Positions 47,297 through 57,936 of a stretch of DNA of 64,000 nt are shown here, piece after piece. This DNA comes from Bacteroidota bacterium. GTDB lineage: Bacteria > Bacteroidota > Bacteroidia > NS11-12g > UBA9320. The stretch's first letter is position 1. Each line of letters begins with the position of its first letter. Position numbers and translations under genes: made by a program. The notes below the pieces were generated by a model. That model worked only from the letters and a program-made list of their open reading frames with translations, was not told where the DNA came from and made no database searches. The stretch is taken from positions 56,075-120,074 of the forward strand of contig JABIUV010000025.1 in the NCBI GenBank assembly GCA_018700895.1, given 5' to 3'.

Positions 47297-47422
47297 TTTG
47301 TTAAAATTTTATAATATTAATGATAGTTGGCACAATACAAATGGTGTACCTTAATCTTGCTGCGAAAATAATTTTTTATTTCAATCAGAAAAATAACTTG
47401 CAAAAAAAACGTAAACGTCTTA

Positions 47423-48157
47423 TTAAAAGCTATTTATGTGATACAAGAGCACTCCTGCCGCTACTGACACATTGAGTGAGTCTATACTTCCTGGCATATC
47501 AATGCGTACTGTGGTGTCCATTTCTGCGAGTCGCTCTCTCGATAATCCTTTATCCTCATTACCCATCCATAGAGCATACGATTCCATTTGTTTGAATGTT
47601 TCTGGGTTTAAGACGTTCTCCGTTTTTTCGGTAGCGGCTATCTGAGCTATCCCCCAACTCTTGAGGTACTCCAATGTATTACTTAGGCTACTTACGCGTG
47701 CTACAGGTAGCTTTAGCAAAGCTCCTGCAGACGATTTTATTGCCCCTTCACCTATCTCTGCATTGGCTTTTACACCTACTATCATTAGATCCACCCCAAA
47801 GGCCAAACATGAGCGTGATATTGCCCCTATGTTGCGTATATCTTGTACGCCATCACATATCAATATCTTAGGAGGTTTTCCCTCTTCAAACATCCGTGTT
47901 ACTGTTTCTTCTAATGGAACAAACTCTATAGGACTCTTGATGGCAACCACTCCTTGATGATTTGCCCGCGTTATGCGATTAAGTTTTTCTATGGGGACCA
48001 TAGAGAAAGGAGTGTCATTGGTCTTAGCCAGTTGACGTAACACTCCTATCTTTTTTCTATCTGCTTGGTTATTTACGTATACTTTACCAATAGTGACACC
48101 ACTATTGAGTAGGTCTTCCACCGCGTGAAAACCTATTACGATACCTTCTTTGCTCAT
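47423..48157 (-). CDS. rlmB: 23S rRNA (guanosine-2'-O)-methyltransferase RlmB/TrmH-family
   Basis: SpoU/TrmH fold (GVVAIKSPIEF...ILICDGVQDIRNIGAISRSCLAFGVDLMIV). 244 aa. Confidence 0.7.
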   Translation of the reverse strand: MSKEGIVIGFHAVEDLLNSGVTIGKVYVNNQADRKKIGVLRQLAKTNDTPFSMVPIEKLNRITRANHQGVVAIKSPIEFVPLEETVTRMFEEGKPPKILICDGVQDIRNIGAISRSCLAFGVDLMIVGVKANAEIGEGAIKSSAGALLKLPVARVSSLSNTLEYLKSWGIAQIAATEKTENVLNPETFKQMESYALWMGNEDKGLSRERLAEMDTTVRIDMPGSIDSLNVSVAAGVLLYHINSF

Positions 48158-48163
48158 ACTGTA

Positions 48164-51100
48164 CTAGTATACTCTACTCGCCTCAGCGTACAAATCCGTA
48201 TATTTTTTGTTAAGCTCATCACGCTTGTACTCACGGGTAAGCGCACCTACATTTCTTAGTATATCCAGGTTATCTTGCCTATCCCTAGCTAGACTCTGAA
48301 TTCCTTTTACATCAAACTTGCCATAATAATTTGCCATTTCATAAGCTCTGTCGCCTATTTCTGTGGTAATGACATCTGCTTTTTCGGTAAGTCCAGCACG
48401 ATAATAGATATCCGCACTCAGTGCTTTTACGTTCAATCGCATAGGCAATATACTTTCTGGCATTACGGTATAACACTTATCTAGCACGGCAACCGCGGTA
48501 TCCATTTTCCCATTACGTGAGTAATAATCTGCTACTTGCACGAAGAGAGAGCGTAAATTTTGAGGTACAAGTTGAGCTTTATCATCTAAGTACAACTCAC
48601 CTTTATCCATATTACCCCACTCATAATCTACCATAAGTCGCTTGTAAAGCAAGTCCATATCATCCATTCCTCGCATACTTCTGTTTGCTTCTATGGGCAA
48701 TAGTTGGTAGGTCAATCCATTGTGACGTAAGTATTTATCTAAATTCAGATATACCGAAGAACCTGTGGTAGTAGTCCAGTAAATAGGTCTTTTCCAACCG
48801 GTCTTGGCATTAGTAGCTATTACATCAAGCACTACGAGATCTCCTTTGCTCAGTCCGTTACGACCAATATTCCACTTCATTTGGTCTACAATACGAGCTG
48901 TATCTTTAGCAGGCACGTATCCAGTAGCTATCACTGCTTCCTTATCTACGGCTACCCTAAAGTTTTTAACCGGGTAAACATTGATCAATTCACCGGAATT
49001 TGCTCTTTGCTTTTTACTATTATCGTCTGTAGTAGCATAACTCAATACCTGATCCAGCGGGTAGTATTGATTCTTAGGGAATTTCTTGCTATCAAAGTAG
49101 CGAACATAATCACTTCTTCCTGCTACCAGATTCTCGGCAGGTATGCTTTGCGGCAGTGGTTCGGAGTCAAACACTTTGCGTCTGAGTGCACTACTATACC
49201 ACTCTGTAGGAAGTAAACTAAGATTAATCACACGCACATCTGTACGTATACCTTCCACGTTTTGTGCGTACCAGAGCGGGTAGGTATCATTGTCACCATT
49301 AGTAAATAGTATAGCGTTTTCCTCACAACTGTTTAGGTAATTCTTGGCAAACGATATTGCAAGTTCTCTATCCGATCTATCGTGATCATCCCAGTTTTGC
49401 GAGGCCATAAGATACGGTGCGGCAAACAGGGCGAATATGGTTGCACTTGTAGCAACAGCTGTTTTACTTACTTTGTTGCGGAGAATATCTACAAAGAAGA
49501 GAACACTTAGCCCTATCCATATACAGAAGGTCTGGAAAGACCCTGCAAAGGTGTAATCACGTTCACGTGGTTCCATAGGAGGCTGATTCAGATAAATTAC
49601 AACGAGCAAACCGGTAAATAAGAACATCACCAGCACCGTGTAAAAATCCATCTTACTACGCTTGTACATTACAAAAATGCCTAGTAATCCGAGTATCAAA
49701 GGTAAGAAGTAGTAAGTGTTTCTTCCTTTATTATAGGCCATTTCACTTGGCACTTCCATAGGAGCATTTAGTCTCCACTCGTCAAAACCGTCTATACCCG
49801 ATATCCAATTACCCTGTTGGCTATTACCTGTTACATTTTGCAGGTCGTTTTGTCGCCCTACGAAATTCCACATAAAGTATCTCCAGTACATCCAGCCCAT
49901 CTGATACCTGAACATGAATTTCATGTTATGACTAAATTTAGGCTTTGTCATTTGAGCGGCTTCTAGTTGTTGCCTAAGGTCAGCATTGGTAGGGTCTGCC
50001 GCAACTTGTTGTTCTAACCTACTTACCTTCATAAACATATCGTCCATATCACACCATATCGGGTAATATTTTGATTTTTCGGACATGTCGCCCATTCGAG
50101 GTAAAACAGTAGAAAAACGATCGTCATACTTAGGCTCTTGCTTAGTTCCCACTTCTTCATAACCTTCTTCACCTCTTCTGTATTGAGTCTTGCCCTCATC
50201 TATAGCGGTTAATCTAGCATTCCAGTAAGGACCATATACCAATGGACGAGACCCATATTGCTCACGATTTATATAACTCAACAAGCTTTGAGCATCTTGT
50301 GGGTCATTCATATCAATCGCAGGTTCAGCGGACGATCGTATAACCACCATTGAGTAGGAGCTAAATCCAATCATAATGAATGCATAACATAATATCACAA
50401 GATTTGCAACTGGTTTATTGGTTTGGGCGGTGTATCGCAATCCAACAACTATGAACACAAATATGAGGAACATAAAGAATAACACTCCCGTATTATAAGG
50501 AAGGCCAAAGTTATTTACGAATACCAAGTCAAAAGCAGCTGCAACAGCTGGTGTTTTAGGTATGATACCCCACTGTAGTAAAGCGATAGATCCAAAACCA
50601 ATAGCTGCTGCTTTCATAATATTGGCAGCCGAAGCACCATACTTATTTACGAAGTAATACAAGAAAATAGCAGGAACAACCAAGATGTTAAGAAGGTGAA
50701 GACCAATACCTAGCCCTACAACATAAGCTATAAATACAATCCATCTGTCTGAGCGTGGCTCATCTTTCACCTTTTCCCATTTCAGTATAGCCCAAAAAGC
50801 TAAAGCCATAAAGCAAGATGAACCTGCGTAAACCTCTGCCTCTACAGCACTAAACCAAAATGTATCCATAAAGGTAACTGCTAATCCAGCAACTAGTCCC
50901 GCACCAAGTATAGCAATGGCATCACCCAATTCTACCGTTTTAGCATTCAGGTCTACTTTTAATATTTTTTTAGCAAAGTGTGAAGTTATCCAAAAAGTGA
51001 ACATCACTGTAGCAGCACTCGCAACAGCACTCAACATATTTACTGCTATAGCTACCTCATTGGTTCCTTCTTGAGCGAAGAGGGTAAATATTCTACCCAA

Positions 51101-51277
51101 CATCAAGAATAATGGAGCCCCTGGAGGATGCACTACTTGCAATCTATAAGATGCCGAAATGAACTCACCACAATCCCAAAGACTTACAGACTGCTCAAGT
51201 GTGAGCACATATACTGCTAAGGCGATTAGGAATGCCACCCACCCGAAGATGGTATTTATCTTGTTAAAATTATTCAT
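48164..51277 (-). CDS. DUF2723-family large polytopic membrane protein (glycosyltransferase-like) with C-terminal TPR region
   Basis: N-terminus LEQSVSLWDCGEFISASYRLQVVHPPGAPLFLMLGRIF is the DUF2723 signature. About 11 TM helices. 1037 aa. Confidence 0.7.
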   Translation of the reverse strand: MNNFNKINTIFGWVAFLIALAVYVLTLEQSVSLWDCGEFISASYRLQVVHPPGAPLFLMLGRIFTLFAQEGTNEVAIAVNMLSAVASAATVMFTFWITSHFAKKILKVDLNAKTVELGDAIAILGAGLVAGLAVTFMDTFWFSAVEAEVYAGSSCFMALAFWAILKWEKVKDEPRSDRWIVFIAYVVGLGIGLHLLNILVVPAIFLYYFVNKYGASAANIMKAAAIGFGSIALLQWGIIPKTPAVAAAFDLVFVNNFGLPYNTGVLFFMFLIFVFIVVGLRYTAQTNKPVANLVILCYAFIMIGFSSYSMVVIRSSAEPAIDMNDPQDAQSLLSYINREQYGSRPLVYGPYWNARLTAIDEGKTQYRRGEEGYEEVGTKQEPKYDDRFSTVLPRMGDMSEKSKYYPIWCDMDDMFMKVSRLEQQVAADPTNADLRQQLEAAQMTKPKFSHNMKFMFRYQMGWMYWRYFMWNFVGRQNDLQNVTGNSQQGNWISGIDGFDEWRLNAPMEVPSEMAYNKGRNTYYFLPLILGLLGIFVMYKRSKMDFYTVLVMFLFTGLLVVIYLNQPPMEPRERDYTFAGSFQTFCIWIGLSVLFFVDILRNKVSKTAVATSATIFALFAAPYLMASQNWDDHDRSDRELAISFAKNYLNSCEENAILFTNGDNDTYPLWYAQNVEGIRTDVRVINLSLLPTEWYSSALRRKVFDSEPLPQSIPAENLVAGRSDYVRYFDSKKFPKNQYYPLDQVLSYATTDDNSKKQRANSGELINVYPVKNFRVAVDKEAVIATGYVPAKDTARIVDQMKWNIGRNGLSKGDLVVLDVIATNAKTGWKRPIYWTTTTGSSVYLNLDKYLRHNGLTYQLLPIEANRSMRGMDDMDLLYKRLMVDYEWGNMDKGELYLDDKAQLVPQNLRSLFVQVADYYSRNGKMDTAVAVLDKCYTVMPESILPMRLNVKALSADIYYRAGLTEKADVITTEIGDRAYEMANYYGKFDVKGIQSLARDRQDNLDILRNVGALTREYKRDELNKKYTDLYAEASRVY

Positions 51278-51467
51278 ACTGTTGTTTTTGTGCTTATTTC
51301 TTAACTATCGGCGAAAATAAATATTTAGTTCATAATCTCGACAGATAGCTAGAATCTGTAGACGATTACAACATCAAATAAGTCCGCTTTAAAATTATTT
51401 TTACTCGGTACATTTGTCGAAGGAGCCAATAAGATGGTTATTTGCATAGCATAAAAGCTATCGTATT

Positions 51468-52364
51468 TTGAGTAATCATTTTGATATATCGACCTGTCCT
51501 GTATGTGATCATACTGAGTTTGAACTATTCAAGAAAGTGCCCGATTGGTTGGTATCTAAAGAGTTGTTTGACATACATAGGTGCACCGCGTGTAACTTTA
51601 AGTTTACCAGTAATGCTCCTACAGAAGTAAACGTTGGCCCATACTACAATAGCGAAGAGTATGTGGAACATAGCGATACTAACAAAGGACTGATATACAG
51701 TGTGTATCATAAGGCTAGAGAGCTCATGCTTCGCTACAAGCTACACATTATCAAAAAGCGTGTGGAAGGTAAAAAAGTATTGGATATAGGCTCTGGGTCT
51801 GGTTATTTCCTAAATCATATGATGCAGAATGGTTATGACGTAACCGGTGTTGAAATAAGTGAAAAAGCTCGTGATTTATGTTTCGATAAATTCAGTATTA
51901 AGGCGAATGTTCCGCAAGATTTTTTGGATAAAAAGCTGGGTAATGACTATGACTTAATATCGCTTTGGCACGTATTCGAACATGTATATACGTACGAAGA
52001 ATACTTTGACCTTTTTGCAAAATCATTAAATAACAAAGGCAAACTTATACTCGCATTGCCTAATAGCAACAGTGCGGATGCTGACATTTACAAAGAGCAT
52101 TGGGCTGCTTATGATACGCCTCGGCACCTTTGGCACTTCACACCACATACCATTGAGCAATTTGCACGTCACAGAGGTTTTGTACTTGAGCGAAAATACA
52201 GACTGCCGCTCGACCCATTTTTTAACGCTATGGTAAGTGCCAGCTATAAGGATTCCTTTACATTTTTGCCTATAACCATGCTCAAAGCACTATGGTCATA
52301 CCTAGTGTCACTTATCCAGCTTGATAAATCGAGCTCACTTATCTACGTATTTAGAAAAGCGTAA
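51468..52364 (+). CDS. class I SAM-dependent methyltransferase with N-terminal Cys4 zinc-ribbon
   Basis: CPVCDH...CTACNF zinc ribbon. VLDIGSGSGYF motif I. TTG start. Confidence 0.6.
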   Translation: MSNHFDISTCPVCDHTEFELFKKVPDWLVSKELFDIHRCTACNFKFTSNAPTEVNVGPYYNSEEYVEHSDTNKGLIYSVYHKARELMLRYKLHIIKKRVEGKKVLDIGSGSGYFLNHMMQNGYDVTGVEISEKARDLCFDKFSIKANVPQDFLDKKLGNDYDLISLWHVFEHVYTYEEYFDLFAKSLNNKGKLILALPNSNSADADIYKEHWAAYDTPRHLWHFTPHTIEQFARHRGFVLERKYRLPLDPFFNAMVSASYKDSFTFLPITMLKALWSYLVSLIQLDKSSSLIYVFRKA

Positions 52365-52386
52365 ATAAGCTGAATTGAAGAGAATC

Positions 52387-53274
52387 TTAATACTTTACAA
52401 AGGTCTTGGTAAGCACCGCCTGTTCGGCAACCAGTTTAAAAATATAATTACCCTTAGGTAGTTCTTGTACTTCGATAGTTTCCGTGTAAGGTTGTTCTAT
52501 TACTTTCTTGCCTGTAGCGTCTATTATCAGAATCTGTGCGTTTGACACCTTGAAACCTTTGATATGTAATACATTTACCACAGGGTTTGGATATAGAACA
52601 ATCTCTTGATTCAGCAAATCTTGAAGAGAGGCTTTTTCATTCTCAGCGATAGCAAGTGTATCAATTATCAATTTGTCCCCACCCGTTTTGCCGTTGCCAT
52701 TTGCTGCCAGTACAGAAACAAAAATCTGAAGATCACCACTTCCAGATGCAGGTGCTTTCCAGTCGAGTACCCATGTCTTAGTGTCTCCACCGCCGCCACT
52801 TGCAAATTTGTGTGTGATGCGTGTAGCATTACCGCTTATAATATTCCCATCGCCATTAGATGTAAATTCACCTACGGCTGCCTCATTAGCATCTTGCACC
52901 ATCATTTCAAAACCCCATCGGCCTGCACCTTCACTCGTAGGGTTAAGCGTAATTTGATAATTTGTTCCTGGCACATAGCCTTCTACTGGTATATCCGTAG
53001 AAATCAGGTCCTGAGACAATATGGGTTGACTAGCATTAGAATGACACCCCCCTTGTGTGGAACAGGTTTTTTCGCCATCCGTGGCAGAACCACTTCTGTT
53101 TCCCGGACTACCGCCACTATTCGCCATAAAAAGTATAGACACAGCTGCTAATGCAATTGTTTTGAAGAAGGTACTAATTTTTATCAATTGACTATTATTA
53201 AGATTTGTAGAAGTCAAAAATAGTATTTTACCTTGAGTGTTGTATGAACAAGTTGTGAGATATGAACAAAACAC
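52387..53274 (-). CDS. T9SS C-terminal-domain cargo protein, hypothetical (true start probably TTG at 53187)
   Basis: C-terminal LYPNPVVNVLHIKG...GNYIFKLVAEQAVLTKTFVKY T9SS sorting domain. Signal peptide FFKTIALAAVSILFMANS only after an internal TTG, so the first about 29 codons of the ORF-track call are doubtful. Confidence 0.5.
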   Translation of the reverse strand: MFCSYLTTCSYNTQGKILFLTSTNLNNSQLIKISTFFKTIALAAVSILFMANSGGSPGNRSGSATDGEKTCSTQGGCHSNASQPILSQDLISTDIPVEGYVPGTNYQITLNPTSEGAGRWGFEMMVQDANEAAVGEFTSNGDGNIISGNATRITHKFASGGGGDTKTWVLDWKAPASGSGDLQIFVSVLAANGNGKTGGDKLIIDTLAIAENEKASLQDLLNQEIVLYPNPVVNVLHIKGFKVSNAQILIIDATGKKVIEQPYTETIEVQELPKGNYIFKLVAEQAVLTKTFVKY

Positions 53275-53283
53275 CTACATTTG
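53253..53283 (+). promoter_or_regulatory. putative Bacteroidota-type promoter (TTG-N20-TACATTTG) of the rimP-nusA-infB operon
   Basis: -33-like TTG at 53253-53255 and -7 box TACATTTG at 53276-53283, found by eye. Confidence 0.3.
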
Positions 53284-53301
53284 CGGCAAGATAATAACAA
53301 A

Positions 53302-53326
53302 TAAAAGGGGTCAAAGACCCCTTTTT
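53302..53326 (+). terminator. leader hairpin plus U-tract (attenuator-like intrinsic terminator) between the putative promoter and rimP
   Basis: aaaaggggtc-aaa-gacccctttt: 10-bp stem, 3-nt loop, T6 tract, ending 15 nt before the rimP start codon. Confidence 0.4.
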
Positions 53327-53340
53327 TCTTAGCTAAAATT

Positions 53341-53805
53341 TTGGACGTAAGACATTTCATAACGCAAATTATAGAGGAAGAACTATCAGCCACCAACTGC
53401 TTTTTGGTAAACATCAAGAGCAACGAAAGCGGATCTGATTTGAGATTCTTCATTGATGGTATGCAAGGTGTTGGAATCCAAACCTGTGCTAGATTGAGTC
53501 GTAAAGTATCCCGCTTGCTTGATGAGGAGTATGAGGAGGAAACACCTTTTAGGTACGAAATATCATCTCCAGGGGTAGACCAACCTCTGCTAGACATAAG
53601 ACAATATAATCAGCACATAGGCAGAGAGTTAGAGATAGAACTACACACCGAAGAAACCTTAAAAGGTGAACTACTAAATGTGGCAGAGGCAACGATAGAT
53701 GTAGAGATTGTATTATCTAAAAAAGAAAAAGAACAGCGAACCATAGCGTTTGATGACATAAAAAATAGCATTGTAATAATATCCTTTAAACGAAAAAAGA
53801 AATGA
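53341..53805 (+). CDS. rimP: ribosome maturation factor RimP
   Basis: RimP N-domain pattern (QIIEEELSATNCFLVNIK...RYEISSPGVDQPL). TTG start. Stop overlaps the nusA start. Confidence 0.7.
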   Translation: MDVRHFITQIIEEELSATNCFLVNIKSNESGSDLRFFIDGMQGVGIQTCARLSRKVSRLLDEEYEEETPFRYEISSPGVDQPLLDIRQYNQHIGRELEIELHTEETLKGELLNVAEATIDVEIVLSKKEKEQRTIAFDDIKNSIVIISFKRKKK

Positions 53806-55037
53806 GCTTGCAACTAGTAGAATCTTTCTCGGAATTCAAAGAATTCAAAAACATAGACAGAGCAACTATGATGAGAGTTTTGGAAGATGTTTTCAGAACC
53901 ATGATACGTCGTAAATATGGCTCAGACGATAACTTTGATGTTATTGTAAATACCGATAATGGTGACCTCGAGATATATCGTAATCGTGAGATTGTGGATA
54001 TGGGTGAGGTAGAGGACGCTAATAAAGAAATCAATATAGAAGACGCTCGCAAACTTGAAGAAGATTACGAAATAGGTGAAGAAGCTATTGAAGAAATTGA
54101 TATGGCTTCCTTTGGTAGACGAACTATACTTACTGCACGTCAAACACTATTGAGTAAAGTACTTGAGCTAGAAAAAGACGAATTCTATAAATTATACAAG
54201 GATCGTTCTGGTGAAATTATTACAGGAGAAGTTTATCAGATTTGGAAAAACGAAATCATGATACTCGATGATGAGGGTAATGAGCTCATCTTGCCTAAGC
54301 GTGAAATGATACCAAGAGATTTCTTCAAAAAAGGAGACTCGGTAAGGGCAGTAGTATTACGTGTAGAAATGTATAACTCTAATCCTAAGGTTATTCTTTC
54401 TAGAACAGCACCTGAGTTCTTGGAGCGTTTGTTTGAGTTAGAAGTACCAGAAATCTTAGACGGACTTATTACCGTTAAGAAAATAGTACGTGAACCAGGA
54501 GAACGAGCTAAAGTAGCTGTAGAAAGCTATGATGACAGAGTAGATCCTGTGGGAGCTTGTGTAGGTATGAAAGGTAGCCGTATACACGGCATAGTGCGTG
54601 AGCTGAAAAATGAAAATATTGACGTAATTAACTTCACCTCAAACCTTCAATTGCTGATACAACGTAGTATTAGTCCAGCAAAGGTCTCATCTATTAATAT
54701 TAATGAAGAAGAAGGCAAAGCACACGTATTCCTTCCTGCAGACCAAGTATCTCTGGCGATAGGTAAGGGAGGGCACAATATAAAACTTGCTGGCAGATTA
54801 GTGGGATACAACATTGACGTATATCGAGAGACCAGCGAGGAAGAGAACGTAGATGTAGTGTTAGACGAATTTACAGACGAAATAGATACGTGGATCATAG
54901 ACGAGTTGAAAAACATAGGTCTAGACACGGCAAAAAGTGTGCTTGATATGAGCAATGAAGACCTCATATCACGTACGGAACTAGAACAAGAAACAATAGA
55001 AGAAATCAAGAAAATACTACAGGCAGAATTTGAATAA
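53802..55037 (+). CDS. nusA: transcription termination/antitermination factor NusA
   Basis: N-terminal RNAP-binding domain, S1, and two KH domains (GACVGMKGSRIHGIVREL). 411 aa. Confidence 0.9.
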   Translation: MSLQLVESFSEFKEFKNIDRATMMRVLEDVFRTMIRRKYGSDDNFDVIVNTDNGDLEIYRNREIVDMGEVEDANKEINIEDARKLEEDYEIGEEAIEEIDMASFGRRTILTARQTLLSKVLELEKDEFYKLYKDRSGEIITGEVYQIWKNEIMILDDEGNELILPKREMIPRDFFKKGDSVRAVVLRVEMYNSNPKVILSRTAPEFLERLFELEVPEILDGLITVKKIVREPGERAKVAVESYDDRVDPVGACVGMKGSRIHGIVRELKNENIDVINFTSNLQLLIQRSISPAKVSSININEEEGKAHVFLPADQVSLAIGKGGHNIKLAGRLVGYNIDVYRETSEEENVDVVLDEFTDEIDTWIIDELKNIGLDTAKSVLDMSNEDLISRTELEQETIEEIKKILQAEFE

Positions 55038-55087
55038 TATCGCTTTAAACACATAAAGTATTATCTTCGAATGCTGCTTAGCAATAC

Positions 55088-57862
55088 ATGGCTGACAATA
55101 AAAAAACATACCGAATAAATAAAGTTGCAACAGAGTTCAATGTAAGTTGGAAAACTATCGTAGAACATCTGAACGAAAAAGGTTTTGACGTGGAGGCAAA
55201 AATCACTGCGAAGCTTGATAGTGCCATGTATCGAGAATTGCTTGGTTTTTATAAAAAAGATAAGCAGGCAAAGGAAGAATCGCAGCAACTCGAAATCAAC
55301 ATTCGTAAGGATGTAAAAACACAGGAAATCAAGGAAACTAAAATGCCTGAACCTCCCAAACCTGAGTTCAAACCTGAGTTCAAACCAGAGCCAACTATCT
55401 TCATCAAGGATAACTCACTTGGCACTAAAACCGAGAAGGAAGAAGCTCCTGCTCCAGCTAAGGAGGAACCTGTGGCCACTGAACCTCCTGAACCTGAGGA
55501 AGAAAAAGCCGAGAAAAAACCAACCGAAGAGCCAGCGGATAACAAACCCGCAATATTACAAGCAGACGATAAAGACACCGGTAACCTTACTGTAATAGGT
55601 AAGATTAACATAGATAAACCTGCTCCCAAAAAGAAGCCTTCGAAAGCCACGCCCGCCAAGAAAGAAGAAAAGTCAAAGACAGAAGCAGCACCAAAACCTG
55701 AGGTCTCAAAACTTAAGGAAGAAGAAGTACCTGAAAATGTAAATACGGAGTATAAAAAACTGGAAGGAACTACCGTCTTAGGTAAAATTACTATTAAGCC
55801 GCCAATAAAACGTGCCAAGAAAGAAAGCGAACCGAAGAAAAAACGGAAGCGTATACACGGCGAGAAGGTGACTGCTGAGAAACTACGTAACGAGCGTAAC
55901 TCAGGTAGACCTGGAGTTAAACCCGGTGAAAAAACTGAAGTTTCTGAAAAAGAAATTCAGGATAAAATAAAGAAAACACTTGCCCGTATGCAGGCAGGAA
56001 AGCAAGCACCATCTCATGGTGGTAAGGTGAGACAAAAAGCTCGTAAATTTAGAAGACAAGAGCACAAAAAGAAGTGGGAAGAAAAACAACTTCAAGATAT
56101 TGTAGAAAGTAAGATATTAGACATTACTGAGTTTGTAACGGCAAATGACCTTGCTAATATGATGGATGTGAGCGTGAACGAAATTATCGGTGCGTGTTTC
56201 TCTCTTGGGCTAATGGTATCTATCAACCAACGTCTGGATGCTGAAACAATACAAATTGTAGCTGAAGAGTTTGACTACGAAATAAACTTTGTAGATGCTG
56301 ACGAAACAATTGAGATAGACGAAGATGATGATAGCGAAGAAGATTTACTTCCACGTCATCCAATCGTTACTGTAATGGGTCACGTAGACCACGGTAAGAC
56401 TTCATTACTCGACCATATTCGTAATGCAAACGTAATAGCTGGTGAAGCTGGAGGTATAACACAACACGTTGCATCATACGAAGTGCAGCTAAAGAGTGGT
56501 GATAAAATGACCTTTATCGATACTCCAGGTCACGAGGCGTTTACCGCGATGCGTGCAAGGGGTGCACAGGTTACTGATATTGCGATTATTGTAATAGCGG
56601 CAGATGATGTGGTGATGCCACAAACCAAAGAGGCTATCAGCCATGCTCAAGCGGCAGATGTACCTATCGTATTTGCTATAAACAAGATAGACAAAGAAGG
56701 AGCTAACCCCGACCGTGTACGTGAGTCACTTTCTGCTATGAATATACTCGTAGAGGAATGGGGAGGTAAGTTCCAGTGTCAAGAGATATCAGCTAAGCAA
56801 GGAATTAACATAGAGGAATTACTAGAAAAAGTATCGCTAGAAGCAGAGCTACTTGAACTCAAAGCAAATCCTAATAAAAATGCTAAAGGTGCAGTACTCG
56901 AGGCTAAAATAGAGAAAGGTAGAGGTGTAGTTGCATCTATGCTGGTAAGTGAAGGAACCTTGAAAATAGGTGACGCACTTGTAGCAGGACAACACTATGC
57001 AAGAGTGAAAGCAATGTTCAACGAGCGTGGCAAGCCTATGAAAGAGGCCGGACCAGCTTCGCCAGTATCCATTCTTGGATTCTCAGCGGCTCCCGCAGCA
57101 GGTGAAACTTTCCAAGTACTTTCTGACGAATCACAAGCGAAAGATATTGCTAACAAACGTGAGCAATTACAACGTGAGCAGTCTATACGAACTACATCTA
57201 TGCTTACGCTAGATACGATCGGTAAGCGACTTGCTATCGGTAACTTCCAAGAGCTTAAGTTGATCATAAAAGCAGATGTGGATGGTAGTAGTGAAGCACT
57301 TTCTGACTCGTTACTGAGATTATCCACTGAGGAAATAGAAGTGAAAATCATTCAGAAATCGGTAGGACCTATTACGGATAATGATGTACTTCTCGCGAAA
57401 GCTTCGGATGCCATTGTAATAGGTTTCCAAGTAAGACCTATGCCAAGTGCTCGCAAGCTTGCTGACTCCGAAGGTGTAGAAATAAAACAATATAGTATAA
57501 TATACCAAGCTATAGAGGAGATTAAAGCTGCTATGGAAGGTATGCTTGCTCCAGACCTCAAAGAAGAGGTTACGGGTACTGCCGAAGTACGTGAGGTATT
57601 CAAAATCACTAAGGTGGGCACAGTAGCAGGTTGTATGCAAACCGAAGGTAAGATGTACCGCGACAACAAAGTGCGTATCATACGGGAGGGTGTGGTAGTA
57701 TACTCGGGTGAAATAGAAGCACTAAAACGTTTCAAAGACGACGTAAAAGAAGTAGCCAAAGGCTATGAGTGTGGTATCCAAATACGCAATTACAACGACT
57801 TACAAGAGTTTGACTTAATAGAAGGGTTCAGAGAAGTAGAAGTAGCTCGAAAGTTGAAATAA
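55088..57862 (+). CDS. infB: translation initiation factor IF-2
   Basis: Low-complexity Lys/Glu/Pro-rich N-terminal linker. GTPase G1-G4 ([24 protein letters not shown]) and C-terminal beta-barrel domains. 924 aa. Confidence 0.9.
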   Translation: MADNKKTYRINKVATEFNVSWKTIVEHLNEKGFDVEAKITAKLDSAMYRELLGFYKKDKQAKEESQQLEINIRKDVKTQEIKETKMPEPPKPEFKPEFKPEPTIFIKDNSLGTKTEKEEAPAPAKEEPVATEPPEPEEEKAEKKPTEEPADNKPAILQADDKDTGNLTVIGKINIDKPAPKKKPSKATPAKKEEKSKTEAAPKPEVSKLKEEEVPENVNTEYKKLEGTTVLGKITIKPPIKRAKKESEPKKKRKRIHGEKVTAEKLRNERNSGRPGVKPGEKTEVSEKEIQDKIKKTLARMQAGKQAPSHGGKVRQKARKFRRQEHKKKWEEKQLQDIVESKILDITEFVTANDLANMMDVSVNEIIGACFSLGLMVSINQRLDAETIQIVAEEFDYEINFVDADETIEIDEDDDSEEDLLPRHPIVTVMGHVDHGKTSLLDHIRNANVIAGEAGGITQHVASYEVQLKSGDKMTFIDTPGHEAFTAMRARGAQVTDIAIIVIAADDVVMPQTKEAISHAQAADVPIVFAINKIDKEGANPDRVRESLSAMNILVEEWGGKFQCQEISAKQGINIEELLEKVSLEAELLELKANPNKNAKGAVLEAKIEKGRGVVASMLVSEGTLKIGDALVAGQHYARVKAMFNERGKPMKEAGPASPVSILGFSAAPAAGETFQVLSDESQAKDIANKREQLQREQSIRTTSMLTLDTIGKRLAIGNFQELKLIIKADVDGSSEALSDSLLRLSTEEIEVKIIQKSVGPITDNDVLLAKASDAIVIGFQVRPMPSARKLADSEGVEIKQYSIIYQAIEEIKAAMEGMLAPDLKEEVTGTAEVREVFKITKVGTVAGCMQTEGKMYRDNKVRIIREGVVVYSGEIEALKRFKDDVKEVAKGYECGIQIRNYNDLQEFDLIEGFREVEVARKLK

Positions 57863-57891
57863 AAACAAGAGTAGATAAGAGTTTGAAGAAA

Positions 57892-57920
57892 ATCCGATAC
57901 AGCGATGTGTCGGATTTTTT
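57892..57920. terminator. intrinsic terminator between convergent infB and metG
   Basis: atccgataca-gcga-tgtgtcggat imperfect 10-bp stem followed by T6. Confidence 0.5.
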
Positions 57921-57936
57921 CATTTATGCAAACCCG

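Noticed and set aside
52606-53151. 181-aa plus-strand ORF (Cys/Arg-rich)
   Set aside because: Antisense inside the T9SS cargo gene 52387-53274. No signal or domain.
55249-55818. 189-aa minus-strand ORF (Gly/Ser/Leu-rich)
   Set aside because: Antisense of the low-complexity Lys/Glu/Pro-rich IF-2 linker. Composition-driven, no start context.
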